Below, one piece after another: positions 40,310-53,957 of a stretch of DNA of 64,000 nt. The translations under genes were made by a program, and so were the position numbers. Under the pieces are notes generated by a model, which ran no database searches, was not told the DNA's origin, and was given only the letters and a program-made list of their open reading frames with translations. Each line of letters begins with the position of its first letter. Position 1 is the stretch's first letter. Source of the DNA: Eledone cirrhosa (Eukaryota). The stretch lies in NCBI GenBank assembly GCA_964016885.1, contig OZ024758.1, forward strand, positions 29,264,001 through 29,328,000. The letters run 5' to 3'.

Positions 40310-40897
40310 GTGAGGGTTATGTTTCTATTCGTTATTTTACCCAGAATATTGGCATAAATTGTTTGTACCAGGTTGTTTCGTGTTGCTACGCTGCTGGTAA
40401 AAAATATTTGTTAATCCTGTATGTCCCTTCATAAATTGTTCAAATAACATTTAGATTAGACTTTCTCGGTGAAGATTAATAACAGTTTCAATACTGTTGA
40501 ACAACATTTATTTAAAGTACTTTGTTTCATATTCTATAGAATATTCACTGTTTCTCCTTCTGTCTGTCCGTCACACATAAATGCGAGAGGGAAAAGGAAA
40601 GGAGTGAAAAGTTGTTGGTGTTGAGAGAGAAATACAGTGAGAGACAGCGTCTGTTTTATAATATAGATTTGAGAAATTTCATAGCACACTTAAGTTCTGA
40701 GTTCAAATCTTGCCAAGGTTAGCTTTGTCTTTCATCCTTACGGGGTCGATAAAATAAAGTACCAGTAATTCATTGAGGTAGATTTAATCAAATTTCCCCT
40801 CCCCCAAAATTGCTGGCCTTGTGCCTAAATCAGAAGCCATTGTTATTGTCATTTTATTCATTTCATATCAACTTATTTTGTTTACTTCTTTGTAAAG

Positions 40898-41047
40898 ACT
40901 TGAACTTGAATCTCAACTCCAAGAATTACAAAGACAAAATTCAGATCAAATAAGTATATGGCAAGCAGAAAAAGATAGTTTAGAAGACAAGATAAAGGAT
41001 GTTATGGATTGCAAAAATATTATTGAGAAAGAACTTCTGATACTAAA
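40898..41047 (+). CDS. CEP83: CEP83 coding exon 6
   Basis: AG/GTAAGT, phase 2/2. Contains LELESQLQEL...WQAEKDSLEDKI. Confidence 0.9.
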
Positions 41048-42355
41048 GTAAGTACCTTAACTTTTATCATTATTTCGCAAGGTTAACTTTGCCTTACATC
41101 CTTACGGGGTCGATAAAATAAAGTACCAGTAATGCACTGAAATAATTGCTGGCCTTGTGCCAAAAGTAGAAACATTATTTCTTTTCTCCTCCTCATTCTT
41201 CTTCTTCTGATTATGATTATGATGATGATGTGTTAACCCTTAATGTTCAAACCAGCCAAAACCGGCCAGAATTCTCTACCTCTTCTGTTGAAACTGGCTG
41301 TAACTGTCACTCAAACTGATGTTACGGTATTCTCAAAATAAATACTTTCAAAATCTCATAGATTCGATATTATGTGAGATAATTATGTGAGGTAAAGCCT
41401 TTACCATGAAAATACAATAGTATTTATAGAGTAATGTAAATTGTTATGTGAGATAATTATGTGAGGTAAAGCCTTTACCATGAAAATACAATAGTATTTA
41501 TAGAGTAATGTGAATGTTATGTGAGATATTATGTGAGGTAAAGCCTTTACCATGAAAATATAATAGTATTTATAGAGTAATGTGAATGTTAAAGGTTAAA
41601 GAAAATGATGTTATATTTTGGTCAAGTCCATTTGTTTACCCTTTTGATACTAAAACACCTGAACCCACCCTAATTGTTATTTAAGTGTTTATGTTTACCT
41701 AAAAAACCTTCCATCATAATTTTATGTAAGAACCTTTAACCTGTATACTATTGTATTTTGACGGTCAGATTATTATGAGAAGTTTTTATTAAATCCCTCC
41801 AAATTCTTTGATTTGAAAACCATAGGTAATGTCTTTTCATTAGAAATATGGTAATGACAGGATGAAACATGTATTCATTACTGTTTATTAGAATAGTATT
41901 TTATTGTCTATGGGCGGTGGATTGGCAGTATCGGTAGAGGGTCGGACGCCATGCTTTCCAGCATAGTTACGTCCCTTTACGATCTGAGTTCAAATCCCGC
42001 CGAGGTTGACTTTGCCTTTCATCCTTACGGGGTCGATAAAATAAAGTACCAGTAATGCACTGGGTAATTGCTGGCCTTGTGCCTAAAGTAGAAACAAGTA
42101 TTTTATTGTCTATGTCAAGAGTTCTGAAACCTTTTGGGCCACCGCTCCCCTCAGTCACATACTCTCACCACTCCCTCACTGTCACATAATCCACCTCCAC
42201 CACTCCCTCACTCTCACATAATACCCTCACCACTCCCTCACTGTCATGTAATACCCTCACCACTCCCCACAATTATTTCCAGAGAAATTATTATATATTT
42301 TTATTTTACTATATTTATATATAATTTGATATTTGATATACTATTATATCATATA

Positions 42356-42878
42356 CTAGCAGTAAAAGCCCGGCGTTGCTCGGGGTCGCTCAGTAGCTGT
42401 GTTAAAGTTACAATGTTAAGTTTCTTTTTTGGCTTAAAAAACTGTAGTGTCTACTCTGCAGACTTGCATGTGTGTTTTTGATTAATATTCCCTCAACCAA
42501 CAATATGCCTTATGAAGTTAAGAAAACATAACGATAACCCGAATGTTATAACAAAAGAGGATGCTGGGGATAAAAACTGCACTGGTTATTTATTAACAAA
42601 GATCGAAAATGTAAACTGCAACGCAGAGAAAACAACGTAAGACGCTCAATGTAAACAGAACAAAGGGAAATAACTCGTCACTTACGCTCAAAAATCGATA
42701 CATTAGATTCGATTTCGTCACATAGGGTGGGTCAATTTGAAATATTTTTTTTCCAATGTCTTCGCTAGGCTCAATGTACAAGTATAGCAATTTCGGTTCA
42801 ATTCCGTCAGAGATTCTAAGAGGAGATGTGTGCCAAAAATCGATAGACAGACAGACAACCACAGCTTTATATATATGA
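42356..42878 (-). mobile_element. Non-autonomous Helitron nested in a hAT-like MITE (~42117-42950)
   Basis: Minus strand A|TCATATATATAAAG...hairpin CCCGAGCAACGCCGGG...CTAG|T. Outer TIR-like ends CAAGAGTTCTGAAA and TTTGAGAACCTCTG. Confidence 0.8.
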
Positions 42879-43591
42879 TTACACAATACTATAATATTAT
42901 AAATAATAAATTCATAGTGTTCCCCCCACTGCCCACTTTGAGAACCTCTGATCAATGTATTCACTTGTGGGTGAGACATTCTAGAATGGTTAACAAGACA
43001 TTTCACAATCATGAGATTTTTGGTTTGATTCCACTGTGTAGCATTTTGAGCGTCTTTCATTAGAGTCCTAGGTTAACCAAGTCTTTTGGGGTGAAATTGG
43101 TTAGATGGAAACTATTTGAAAGCCTGTGGGATGAACTGTACTACAATTCAAAGGGCCAGCCTTGTCACATATTTTGTCATACTGCCATGCTTCATTAGAA
43201 TTACGTTGTGTTCACATGTCAGTGGAGTGTGTGGCCTAGTGGTAAGGGTGTTGGACTTACAATCATAATGTTGTGGTTTGATTCGTGGGTTCTATGTTGT
43301 GTTCTTGAGCAAAACACTTCATTTCACATTGCTCTAGTATACTCAGCTGAAAATGAGTACCAACAATAGCTGGGGGTTTAACCCCGCAATGGACTGGTGT
43401 CCTGTCCAGGGGGAAGTCTTGTACTCTCAGTCGCTTCACGCCATGAAACTGAGACAAACACTGGCCTAACGAGCCTTATGGCTTACCTTAGACTTAAACT
43501 TTAGACATGTCTGTGGAATGCTCAGTCACTTGCATGTTCTGCTGATTGAAAAACTAGAACACCTATCGTCAAAATACTTTAACCCTTTAGC

Positions 43592-43999
43592 ATTACATTA
43601 CTCTATATATACTATTGTATTTTCACAGTAAAGGCTTTACCTCACATAACATCTCACATAACATTTACATTACTCTATATTTACTATTGTATTTTCACAG
43701 TAAAGGCTTTACCTCACATAACATCTCACATAACATTTACATTACTCTATATTTACTATTGTATTTTCACAGTAAAGGCTTTACCTCACATAACATCTCA
43801 CATAACATTTACATTACTCTATATTTACTATTATATTTTCACAGTAAAGGCTTTACCTCACATAATATCTCACATAACATTTACATTACTCTATATTTAC
43901 TATTGTATTTTCACAGTAAAGGCTTTACCTCACATAACATTTACATTACTCTATATTCACTATTATATTTTTCATGGTAAAGGCTTTACCTCACATAAT
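43592..43999. repeat. 72-bp tandem repeat formed inside a piggyBac-like MITE
   Basis: About 5.5 units, and the unit is an internal MITE segment. A similar short expansion occurs at 41370-41590. Confidence 0.9.
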
Positions 44000-44313
44000 A
44001 TCGAATCTATGAGATTTTGATATTTATTTTTAAAACAAAACCTTAACATTGGTATCAGCAACTGACTACAGCTGGTTTGAACAGGAAAAGGTGAGAGTAT
44101 TCTGGCCGAATATGGCTGCTTTATATCCTAAAGAGTTAAGATGTGGACATTTTTACTATTATTTAACAATAAATCAATAGAATATACTCTTTTGTTTTTC
44201 CCATTGAAAAATTAACTAAGTTTTCATTATTTTAATGACATGTTATTGACCCTAGTTATGTTTCATATAAATCCAAAATACATGAGTTTTATTTATCTAT
44301 ATTTATTTATAAG

Positions 44314-44677
44314 GGCTAAAGTAGATCATGAACGTTCTGTGAAAGATGAACTGGAGCAGGAAAGAAGTGATAACAGGTCTTTACGTAGTCAAGTAAACTC
44401 TTTACAATCTGAAATCAACAACTTACATTTAGAAGAACATAGTATGTCTGATAAGTGCCAACGTCTACGAAGCTCTGTGGAGAAATATCGATTTGAAGTG
44501 AAACGCATTGAGGAAACTAGTAAGAAGAACGATCAGCAAAGCGAAGAACAGATACACAAACAGAAACATATTTGGAAAGAAAATATAGATCGTATTGAAC
44601 GACGAAATGAAGATCTCGAGAAAATATGTAAATCTAACAAGGAAAGATTGTTAGCTGCTGCTAATATCCATGAAAAA
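44314..44677 (+). CDS. CEP83: CEP83 coding exon 7
   Basis: AG/GTAAGT, phase 2/0. AKVDHERSVK...KERLLAAANIHEK. Confidence 0.9.
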
Positions 44678-45206
44678 GTAAGTCTGAAAAGAATCTTTCA
44701 ATTTTTTAGCAGAATCTGGATTGGCAGTATCGGTAGAGCATCAGACAATATGCTTTGTGGCATAGAGTTATGGACCGTTACGTTCTGAGTTCAAATTCCG
44801 CTGAGGTTAGCTTTGCCTTTCATCCTTACGGGGTCGATAAAATAAAGCACCAGTAATGCACTGGGGTCTGGTTTAATCAGCTTTCCCATTCCCCAAAATT
44901 GTTTTCCTTGTGTCAAATAAAGAAACTGTTAAGGGCAGTGGATTGGCTGTATCGGTAGAGCGTTGGATAATGTTTTGTGGCATAGAGTTTTGGCCCTTTA
45001 TGTTCTTGGTTCAGATCCTGCCGAGGTTAGCTTTGCCGTTCGTCTTTACGGGGTCGATAGAACAAAACATCAGTAATACACTGGGGTCAATATGATTAAC
45101 TTTCCCCTTCCCCAAAATGGTTGTCCTTGTACCTATACCATTGCATTGATAAGCTGAGTCTGCAATATTGATTTGGTTTCCACCTGAGACAAATCATTTC
45201 ATTTCC

Positions 45207-45387
45207 TCCTCTTAACAACAGTTTTTTAACTTAATGTAACACCTGGAGAGAAACGGGGTTTGATTTGACTCAATTTCCCTCAGTTTACGGCCATAACATG
45301 CTGAAACTGAGGGAAATTGAGTCAAATCAAACCCCAGTTTCTCTCCAGGCTGTTACATTAAGTTAAAAAACTGTCTGTCTAAGAGGA
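45207..45387. repeat. Fold-back palindrome (about 80-bp arms)
   Basis: ...CCCTCAGTTT-ACGGCCATAACATGCTG-AAACTGAGGG..., with a few 1-nt gaps in the left arm. Confidence 0.9.
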
Positions 45388-45416
45388 CGGTGCCGTAAGC
45401 ATTTACTGCTGGAGGA

Positions 45417-46092
45417 GGCACATGGTTTAGTGGTTAGAGCATTAGGCTTGCAATCGAAAGGTTGTGAGTTCAATTCTCAGACCGGGTGATGTGTTGTTTC
45501 CTTGAGCAAGACACTTTATTTCACATTGCTCCAGTTTACTCAGCTGTAGAAATGAGATGATAGGACTGGGGTTCCTATCATTCCACTGCAAATTGGTCGT
45601 GGAGGTGCCACGGCAAAAAAGCACCCAGCCCACACTGTAAAGTGGACGTGTAGGTGCCATGGAAAAAAAATACCCAGCACTCACTGTAAAGTGGATGTGT
45701 AGGCGCCACGGAAAAAAAGCACCCAGCCCACACTGTAAAGTGGACGTGTAGGTGCCATGGAAAAAAAATACCCAGCACTCACTGTAAAGTGGATGTGTAG
45801 GCGCCACGGCAAAAAAGCACCCAGCACTCACTGTAAAGTGGACGTGTAGGTGCCACGGAAAAAAAGCACCCACTGTAAAGTGGACGTGTAGGCGCCATGG
45901 CAAAAAAGCACCCAGCCCACACTGTAAAGTGGACATGGAGGTGCCACGGCAAAAAAGCACCCATCATTCACTGTAAATGAGGTTGGTGTTAGGAAGGGCA
46001 TCCAGCTGTAGAAATCAAGCCAGAATCAGTTCCCGTCTCACCCTTGCAAGCAGGGAAAAGTGGACGTAAAATGATGATGATGATGATGATGA
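45417..46092 (+). mobile_element. Family B SINE with an internal ~49-bp module expanded about 7-8 times
   Basis: Intact head and tail around repeated GGTGCCACGG(C)AAAAAAGCACCCAGCCCACACTGTAAAGTGGACGTGTA. Confidence 0.9.
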
Positions 46093-47279
46093 TACTACAA
46101 TAAGACGAGTTAGGGGGAGCTAGGAATATCTAGAAATATAGAAGGAAAATTAGGGACAGAGAGAATTGTTATAGATAAATTATTTCAAATATTGTTTGAA
46201 AATATCAGCATGCTAAGTTAGTTCATTGTATTTGTATAGCAACCACTTGAAAACTTTGGTGAAAGCGATGTTATTGCAGGTGGCATCAATAACACCTTCA
46301 ACCATATCTGGGTACAAGAACCTTTTAAATTGCTTCATCCATCTCTCATCTCTTTGATTGGTATTTCCTATCAGACTCATTCATTGTGGCTTATTTTGAT
46401 GGGATTCATTCTAACTTATAGTCTATCAACATTTTGGTGTATCCCAAGTTCCAGTTATATCTTCAATAGTCTTCCTTCTGTATATTAATGATCTATTTGC
46501 TGTCACATCTCCGGTGTAGATGATACTATGCTTCACATCTCACATTTCAATCTTTGGCACATAGGTGTTATCTCCATCCAGCCACAATCTAGACATCTTG
46601 TACCAAACTTGCAGTTTCCATAAACAAACATCTTATAACATCATACAGTGGGAACAAAACAATGAAAATTAGTTCAACAGTATAAATAAAACTGTCTTAT
46701 AGCACATGTTTGCACAGGAACATGCAATTAAAACCCTTAACCCTTTAGCATTTACAGTACTCTATATATATACTATTGTATTTTCATAGCAAACACTTTA
46801 TCTCACATAATATCAAATCTATGAGATTTTGATATTATTTATTTTGAGAATAATACCTTAACATAAGTATGAGTGGCCGGTTTGATAAGAAAGGAGTGAG
46901 ATAATTCTGGCCGGAAACAGCCGATTTAAACGCTAATGGGTTAATGCAGGTGGATATCTATTCTGTTGTATAAAATGGGATCTGAATATCCCTAGAATTC
47001 TGCAGGATAAGGTGACTTTTAATAAATTTTGATGAGATTTTATTATATGCTTTTTAAAATGAATAAATTAACCCTCTGAAATAATTTTTGTTTCATCTAA
47101 TGTCTCACTAAAATTAAAGTGGTGCGGGACTGTCCATAAAATACGGGATCTATGATTTGGAAAAAATCATGTTCTGTGAAAAAATAAATTTGGGGACCAC
47201 TGATTCAGATAATGGTTCTGTACTTGTAACTTTATTTTGATTTTGATACCTATATTTGTTTTTGTCACTGAATGTTTAG

Positions 47280-47380
47280 TATAAAAAGAAAAGCCTACTA
47301 GCAATTCAGACATTGAAGAAACGACTTGAATTTAAAAATGCAAAAGTAGAAGAAATGGACGCTGCATGCAAAATCTTTGA
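47280..47380 (+). CDS. CEP83: CEP83 coding exon 8
   Basis: AG/GTAAGT, phase 0/2. YKKKSLLAIQTLKKRLEFKNAKVEEMDAACKIF. Confidence 0.88.
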
Positions 47381-49233
47381 GTAAGTAACATTTTCATTAA
47401 GTTTAAAGAATATATATTCCTCTATAAGTCTGTGGAGAAATTATATTCTTTTACTGGTTTTATTCTTTGGACCATAAACAATCTAGGACAACTTTAACCT
47501 GTTGACTGCTGTGTATATTTTACACAGCTACAGTCGCTGTCGGGCTTTCATCAGTAAAATAACTATTTTTTAAAACAAACATTTATTAACACAAGGCTTC
47601 AATGTCATTCAAATTATAAAGAAAAGCAGAAAAACATCTAGAATAGTTTTTAAGGTTAGGGCAGTTAATAATTTATTTGGTAAACCTATGTCATATCTGA
47701 ATGATTGACAAACATCAATAAACTAGTAACCCCATCTAGGTTTGAAGTTATGAACTGTTGGAAAGGAGTTCAAACATGTTAGGACAAGTATCTTGTCTAT
47801 GGCAATGAAGAGATTAAAAGTTTTTAGTTGATTATTTAGTTATCAAATAGCTAGGGGGTAAAATGGTGGAGTTGTTAGAATGCTTTGTTATATTCATATT
47901 GGGTCTCTGCACTCTTTGAGGTTGATAAAAAAAGTACCAGTGATCTACTGGGGTCGATTCTTTCACTCTCTCCTCCTCTGGAAGAAATGAGCTATGTTCA
48001 TACTTTTCGTTGACACTTTAACGCTTTAATGTTCAAACCGACCAGAATTCTCTACCTTTTCCTGTTGAAACTGGCTGTAACTGGTCGCTCAAACTGATGT
48101 TAAGGTATTGTTCTCAAAATAAATACTTGCAAAATCTCATAGATTCGATATTATGTGAGATAAAGCCATGAAAATATAATAGTATATATATATAGTAATG
48201 TGAATACTAAAGGGTTAAGCCTTTGGTCTGTAGACCATGTCTCCAGATTTGCAACTTTTCCTGAAACACAGCAATCCAATGTTACCCACATCTAACTAAC
48301 ACTATGATATAACTTCTAGAAGTTAAATAGTTAGAAGCTGAGGATATAATCCTAATAAACACTGCATTCACAATCAACTTTAACCATGTCAACAATATGT
48401 GTTTACATGTGTACATGTCTTACAGGCATCAAATTAGCAGAGTTGATAGATTGTCGGATATAGTGCTTTGTGATATTTGTTCCATCTTTCTGTTCTCTGA
48501 ATTCAAATCATGCCAAGATCAACTTTGTCGTTCTGTCTCGTGAAAAAAGTACCAGTCTTGTACTGGGGTAGATTCTTCCCCTATATCTCTTTCTATCCTT
48601 CTCTGGAAGAAATCTGCTGTACTCAGACTTGGAGAGGGATGGGCTCTACCATAAGTCAATACGGTGCCTCTTTAGCAGCATAGTATATAAATGTTATTGA
48701 GACACGAGTAACATAATAATGATGTCAACAGCAGAAATTAGAGATGAAATGTATGTTTATTTTTGTTGTAGCACAAATAATGTTTGTTAACTTGTATGGT
48801 TGAAGTTACACATAAAATGAGGTTACAAAAGGGAATGTGCCATTGTGCCAGGCCCAAGGAAAGCCAGTAGGCCAAAGTGCAAAATCTCACCGTCACATGT
48901 TGTACGTGTTGCTGGTTCGAAGTTCCGGGTACGAGAGAGAGATTTTAAAAATCTTCACGGGGAATTTCTCCCTCAGGGCGCGTAGGGATACATCCTCTTC
49001 TACTGGCGTTGATTGGCTGAGCTGAACCAAATCACGCACAGAGAATATATGTGAGCCCGCGGAATATAGGTCACTACACCCCTATCACTACATCAGGAGT
49101 TATGGGGACCATACCATACAAGACGTTCATCTTCACAGTTTTCATATTTATAATCTTTTAATTTTCAAGAGTTTTAGAAGCCATATTTTAGTGAACTAAA
49201 TTAATGTGTATTCCTTTCCTGGTCTTTCTGTAG

Positions 49234-49405
49234 CAATTGGGTTTCACCTGAAGAACATAAGAAACTGAAACTTCAACTTCAAGATTTGCTTTATCGACAC
49301 AACGAATTTCGTCGTCTAGTCTTCTCAGCACCTACAGTTGGTGAGAAAGGACCTTTAACCTCAATTATTCCAAACAACTCATTTCATAGCAGTTTTGATG
49401 AGCAA
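49234..49405 (+). CDS. CEP83: CEP83 coding exon 9
   Basis: AG/GTAAG, phase 2/0. VSPEEHKKLKLQLQDLLYRHNEFRRLV contains the CEP83 RHNEFR motif. Confidence 0.92.
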
Positions 49406-50857
49406 GTAAGAGTTAATATATTCTATGTTTCTGATATTTGTTAACAAAAGGTCATTTAAAATTGTCTTCACCTATGTCATCATTGTTTCCTTGTAGATTT
49501 AAGATTTCCATCTTTTCATTTAATCTATGGTTAGATATAAATACTCATATTATAACATTTGCCCACACAGATCTCTTATATTTATTATACATTTTGTCTT
49601 TAACTTGTTCTATACTTAGCACAGAATGAGATGTGTAGTCTGTGTTTGTGAAGCATATCTATTATATGCTATACTTTAACCAGTCGTGTAGTGATACAGT
49701 ATCACTTATATCAATAAACAAGAATTTTTTTAATTGATTTTATTTCTCATAAGTTTTAACAAATACATTGTTCAAAATTGTTAATAACATTAATACAAGG
49801 CAGAACAGTTTTGTTCAATATGCCTACTCTACCCACCCCAGAAGCATTTGTACTTGAGTTTGGGTGAAGTTCCTTTCTTGTACACAGCACACATCTGCTC
49901 ACCTCTGCAGATCTACCTTTCATCATACTAATGTTGATGGTGGCAGCCTTGAAGTTTAACACCTGATAGGAAGGGGAAAGTTTTCAGGTGTAGGTGGGTT
50001 GAGTTGCTTCATCTGAAGTAGAGTTGATGATGCAAAGGCTTGTTGCACATAATGGCCAATTGTTCTCACCTGACCAACCTACATAAGCTTTAGTCATATG
50101 TGCAATTAGTATTTTTCATTGTATTTTAAACTGACATGATTTTGTTATGGTCTTATTGGAAGGATGCCTTTCCTATTGCCAACCACTGTACAGCACTGCA
50201 TTGTATGGTGCCACCCACACCAGAGAGGTTCTGGTAGGACAAAAGATGTCCCATTTACACTGTATCGGTTTTTATTCAGTTACTGCTCTCCTAGATGAGT
50301 TGCCTCTCCATAAAGCTTAAAAGGATGCTTACAATGTTGCAGTAGGAAGGGAGGGAGTTTACAGTCGACTATTGGGTTTGTTTGAAGTACATAAATTCCT
50401 AGAAGTGGAGGGGCGAGCAGACACTAAACTGGCAGTTAGGTGGAATATTACTGACTGGTCATCACTTGATTTGTGGATTGTACCTAGTTGTTTGGTTGAC
50501 TGTGTGGTAGGGTTGACTAAATAACAAAACTCATTCATTTCTATAATCCAGTGCACTCTATAGTGCAGTTGGTTAAAGGAAGGGCATCCAGTCCTAGACA
50601 TGACAACCTCCCAGCTATTGGTGATCTATACATTAAACACACCCAGTACACTCAATAAAAATGGTTGGTGATAGGAAGAGTAACCTGCCAAACAGAACTC
50701 TTCAGCTGTGCCCTGGGCAAGACAACTTCCCTAGTGTTGGTGCTATGATACTATGCACTTGGTAGAGTGCATAATTGTGTGTCAAGGCCCCAGTCCACTG
50801 GGGGATGCTAGCAGGAAAAACAGTTACTATATATATATATATTTTCTCCATATTTAG

Positions 50858-50983
50858 GAGGACTGCCACAGAAAAGAACTTCACCAATTAAAAGATCGTC
50901 TTGAGAAATTGGACAGCAACCAGAAGGAACAGTTAGAAGAACTTCAAAATTTCATATCAAATACCCCACCAAAGCTGCAATGA
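50858..50983 (+). CDS. CEP83: CEP83 terminal coding exon
   Basis: EDCHRKELHQLKDRLEKLDSNQKEQLEELQ...* resembles the CEP83 C-terminus. TGA at 50981-50983. Confidence 0.9.
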   Translation, partial: EDCHRKELHQLKDRLEKLDSNQKEQLEELQNFISNTPPKLQ

Positions 50984-51665
50984 AATAGTAGCAACAAATG
51001 TTATAAGCAAAGCTAACTCCTGCGCACTACCTCTGTTAAACCTGTGATTTTTATAATAATTTTTAGTTTAGTTTGTTTCCTTTCCATAATGATCTATACA
51101 CACTAATGAAATACTATTTTGTGTTAGGGACCCATTCTGCTCATATTTATGATTACTTTACCCAGTTCATTATTATGCTCAATTTATTCCACGCGTATCA
51201 GAATAACGAAATCTCCAGCTAAACAGGAGTTGGATGCATGTGAGTCAATAAACATATGTATGAAGTCTCCAGTTAAACTAGAGTTGACTGCATGTGTGGG
51301 TCAGATATGAGTTAGCCCAAGTTGATACCGTGAAAGATCATGTACCGAAATCATATCAAGAGAGATGAGTGTAAACATTTAAGAGGGTGGAATCACTACA
51401 TTCACTGAGGTGGAATAAGTATGGAGAGGTAAGAAGCTCATAATAAAGTGCTTTCTTTCCATGTGATTGGTCATATATTCGATGACTCCCTAATAGATGG
51501 ACTTCTAAATACTGGTAGTCTATGACCAATAAAAAAAAAATTCTTTCTTTTCCTCTCCATGCAGGCATGGATGAAAGAAATGGTTTCTTGGAAAAAGTAT
51601 ATTTACATGTTCGAATTTTGCTACATTGCATAAAAAAAATCACTCACTTCTGAAATGGGTCTGAG

Positions 51666-51679
51666 ATTTATTAATAAAT
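51666..51679. terminator. Palindromic bidirectional poly(A) signal candidate
   Basis: ATTTATTAATAAAT gives AATAAA on both strands between the two stop codons. Confidence 0.45.
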
Positions 51680-51916
51680 TGTCTTAATGTAAGATATTAA
51701 ATATTTGTAGTGGGATTGAACTCATTACCCATGAGTTAATTCACCAACTACATACAGAAAAAAAATAAACAACTTCTGTGCCAAAATAAAATATTACAAA
51801 TCAAAATTTTCTTTATATATTTCGTTTACAAAATTTAAAAATAAAGAAATTCAAAAAATATAAATGCTGTGTGTTTTCTCTTAAAAATATTAATTTATCG
51901 AAATGTCTTTTTGATT

Positions 51917-52025
51917 TTAACGTAAAACCAATGAGAGTAGATGCTTCACTTCATCATAGATTCCCAGAAAAATAGCACCACCTGCAGAAATCCACATCAC
52001 TCGCGGCATAATTCCAGAATAAAGG
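51917..52025 (-). CDS. SLC25A26: Mitochondrial S-adenosylmethionine carrier, terminal exon
   Basis: LYSGIMPRVMWISAGGAIFLGIYDEVKHLLSLVLR*, with an AG acceptor. Confidence 0.92.
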
Positions 52026-53035
52026 CTACAAAAGAAAGTTTAGAATTTTAAATAGAAATCCAAACTAAAACTTCACCCACCCTCTTCTTTCGTTTATTAC
52101 AAAGGATAAACTAATTTGTAACAAATGTTTCATACCCCAAATCAACCCAGAAGACGAGGTAGGTGATCTGCGCTTTTCCTCCCACAAATATTGATTACAT
52201 TCACTATATCTTTGGCTTTTGTATCAATCTTTAGTTTATAATGATTACTACAAGACCAGTAATTAACTGGTACTTTATTTTATCAAACCTGGAAGGATTA
52301 GAGACAAAGTTGACCCCTACGTAAAGAGCTGTAACTACTGTATTTCCCGGCGTTGAAGACTACTTTTTTATCCTGGAGGCCAAAGGTTGCATTTTTCATT
52401 TTTTTTCCAAATTTTTGGTTGCCAAATTTAGGGTGTGCCCTCAAGGACGCCGGGAAATATAGTATATATCACAAAGTATTTTGTGCGACACTCTACCAAT
52501 ACTGCCGCCTTGTGACATATTCAGTTTTCCTAAGGGGACAATAACTATGAAATAATGCAACAACCCATCAAAGCTTGGAAAGCTGATATTGTTGAAGTAG
52601 GAATTAGAGAAAAAAAATTCAAGATTAACCAGGTAACGTGTGATCAACATCAAACATTTTCTAGCCTAACCCTTTAGCATTTACATTACTCTCTATATAC
52701 TATTATATTTTCACGGTAAAGGTTTTACTTCACATAATTATCTCATATAATATCGAATCTATGACATTTTGATATTATTTATTTTGAGTACCAGTAATAC
52801 ACTGGGTAATTACTGGCCTTGTGCCAAAAGTAGAAACAATTATTTATTTTGAGAACAATACCTTAACATCAGTATGAGTGGTCGGTTATGGCCAGTTTGA
52901 ACAGAAAGAGGTGAGAGAATTCTGGCTAGATATAGCCAGTTTAAATGCGAAAGGGTTAAACTTGTTTTACCTATTTTTATATCAGAAATATATCTACTTC
53001 GTAGTTAGAATCAAAACACAATATACTTTTCTTAC

Positions 53036-53109
53036 CCCAAAAATCCCTTTTCGTGGTAAATGACTTTCAAAGCAGCAATAATCTTTCCAGAAGCAAGAGA
53101 TGAATCTTT
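53036..53109 (-). CDS. SLC25A26: SLC25A26 exon (74 bp)
   Basis: KDSSLASGKIIAALKVIYHEKGFLG, AG/GTAAG, phase 0/2. Confidence 0.9.
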
Positions 53110-53785
53110 CTGTAGTTATAGAAATGACAGGAAATATATATACACGCCAATATAGATACATATATACACACACACACATATATATATTATCTATAACCGG
53201 CAGACCCCATGCTGTCAAAAATGACGTTAGGAAGGGCATCCAGCTGTAGAAATCAAGCCAGAATCAGTTCCCGTATGAGCAAGACAAGGTCAGCCGACCG
53301 GACACGGCCCACAACAGGACAACCCGTCTAACCCATGCTAGTGTGGAAGAACGGATGTAAAACGATGATGATGATGATGATTATATATATATATACTATT
53401 ATATTTCCATCATATTACCTCACAAAATATTAAACCTATGAGATTTTGATATTATTTATTTTGAGAACAATACCTTAACATCAGTATGAATGGTCAGTTA
53501 CGGCTGGTTTGAGGTGAGAGAATTCTGGCCGGATATGGCTTGTTTAAATGCTAAAGGGTTAAACTGGCCATATCCGGCCAGAATTTTCTCACCTCTTTCT
53601 GTTCAAACCAGCTGTAACTGGCCACTCATACATATGTTAAGGTATTGTTCTCAAAATAAATATGAAAATCACATAGATTCGATATTATGTGAGGTCAAGT
53701 CTTTACCAAGAAAATACAATAGTGTGTATAGAGTAATATAAATGGTAAAGGGTTAAACAAAGAAAACAAGAAAAACATAACATAC

Positions 53786-53850
53786 CTTTGCCAACATGAT
53801 TCTTGTTTTAGCTACATCTAATGGAGTGGTCAAACCTGCAGCAAGTCCAC
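53786..53850 (-). CDS. SLC25A26: SLC25A26 exon (65 bp)
   Basis: GGLAAGLTTPLDVAKTRIMLAK carries the carrier signature Px[DE]xx[KR]. Confidence 0.93.
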
Positions 53851-53957
53851 CTACAAAGACAAATCTCTATATAAATTTCTGCGATTCTGTCACAACATGT
53901 AAAGAGAGAGGAGTAAGTGTGTCCCTGTTTGCGTGTTTATATTTATATACTCATAGA

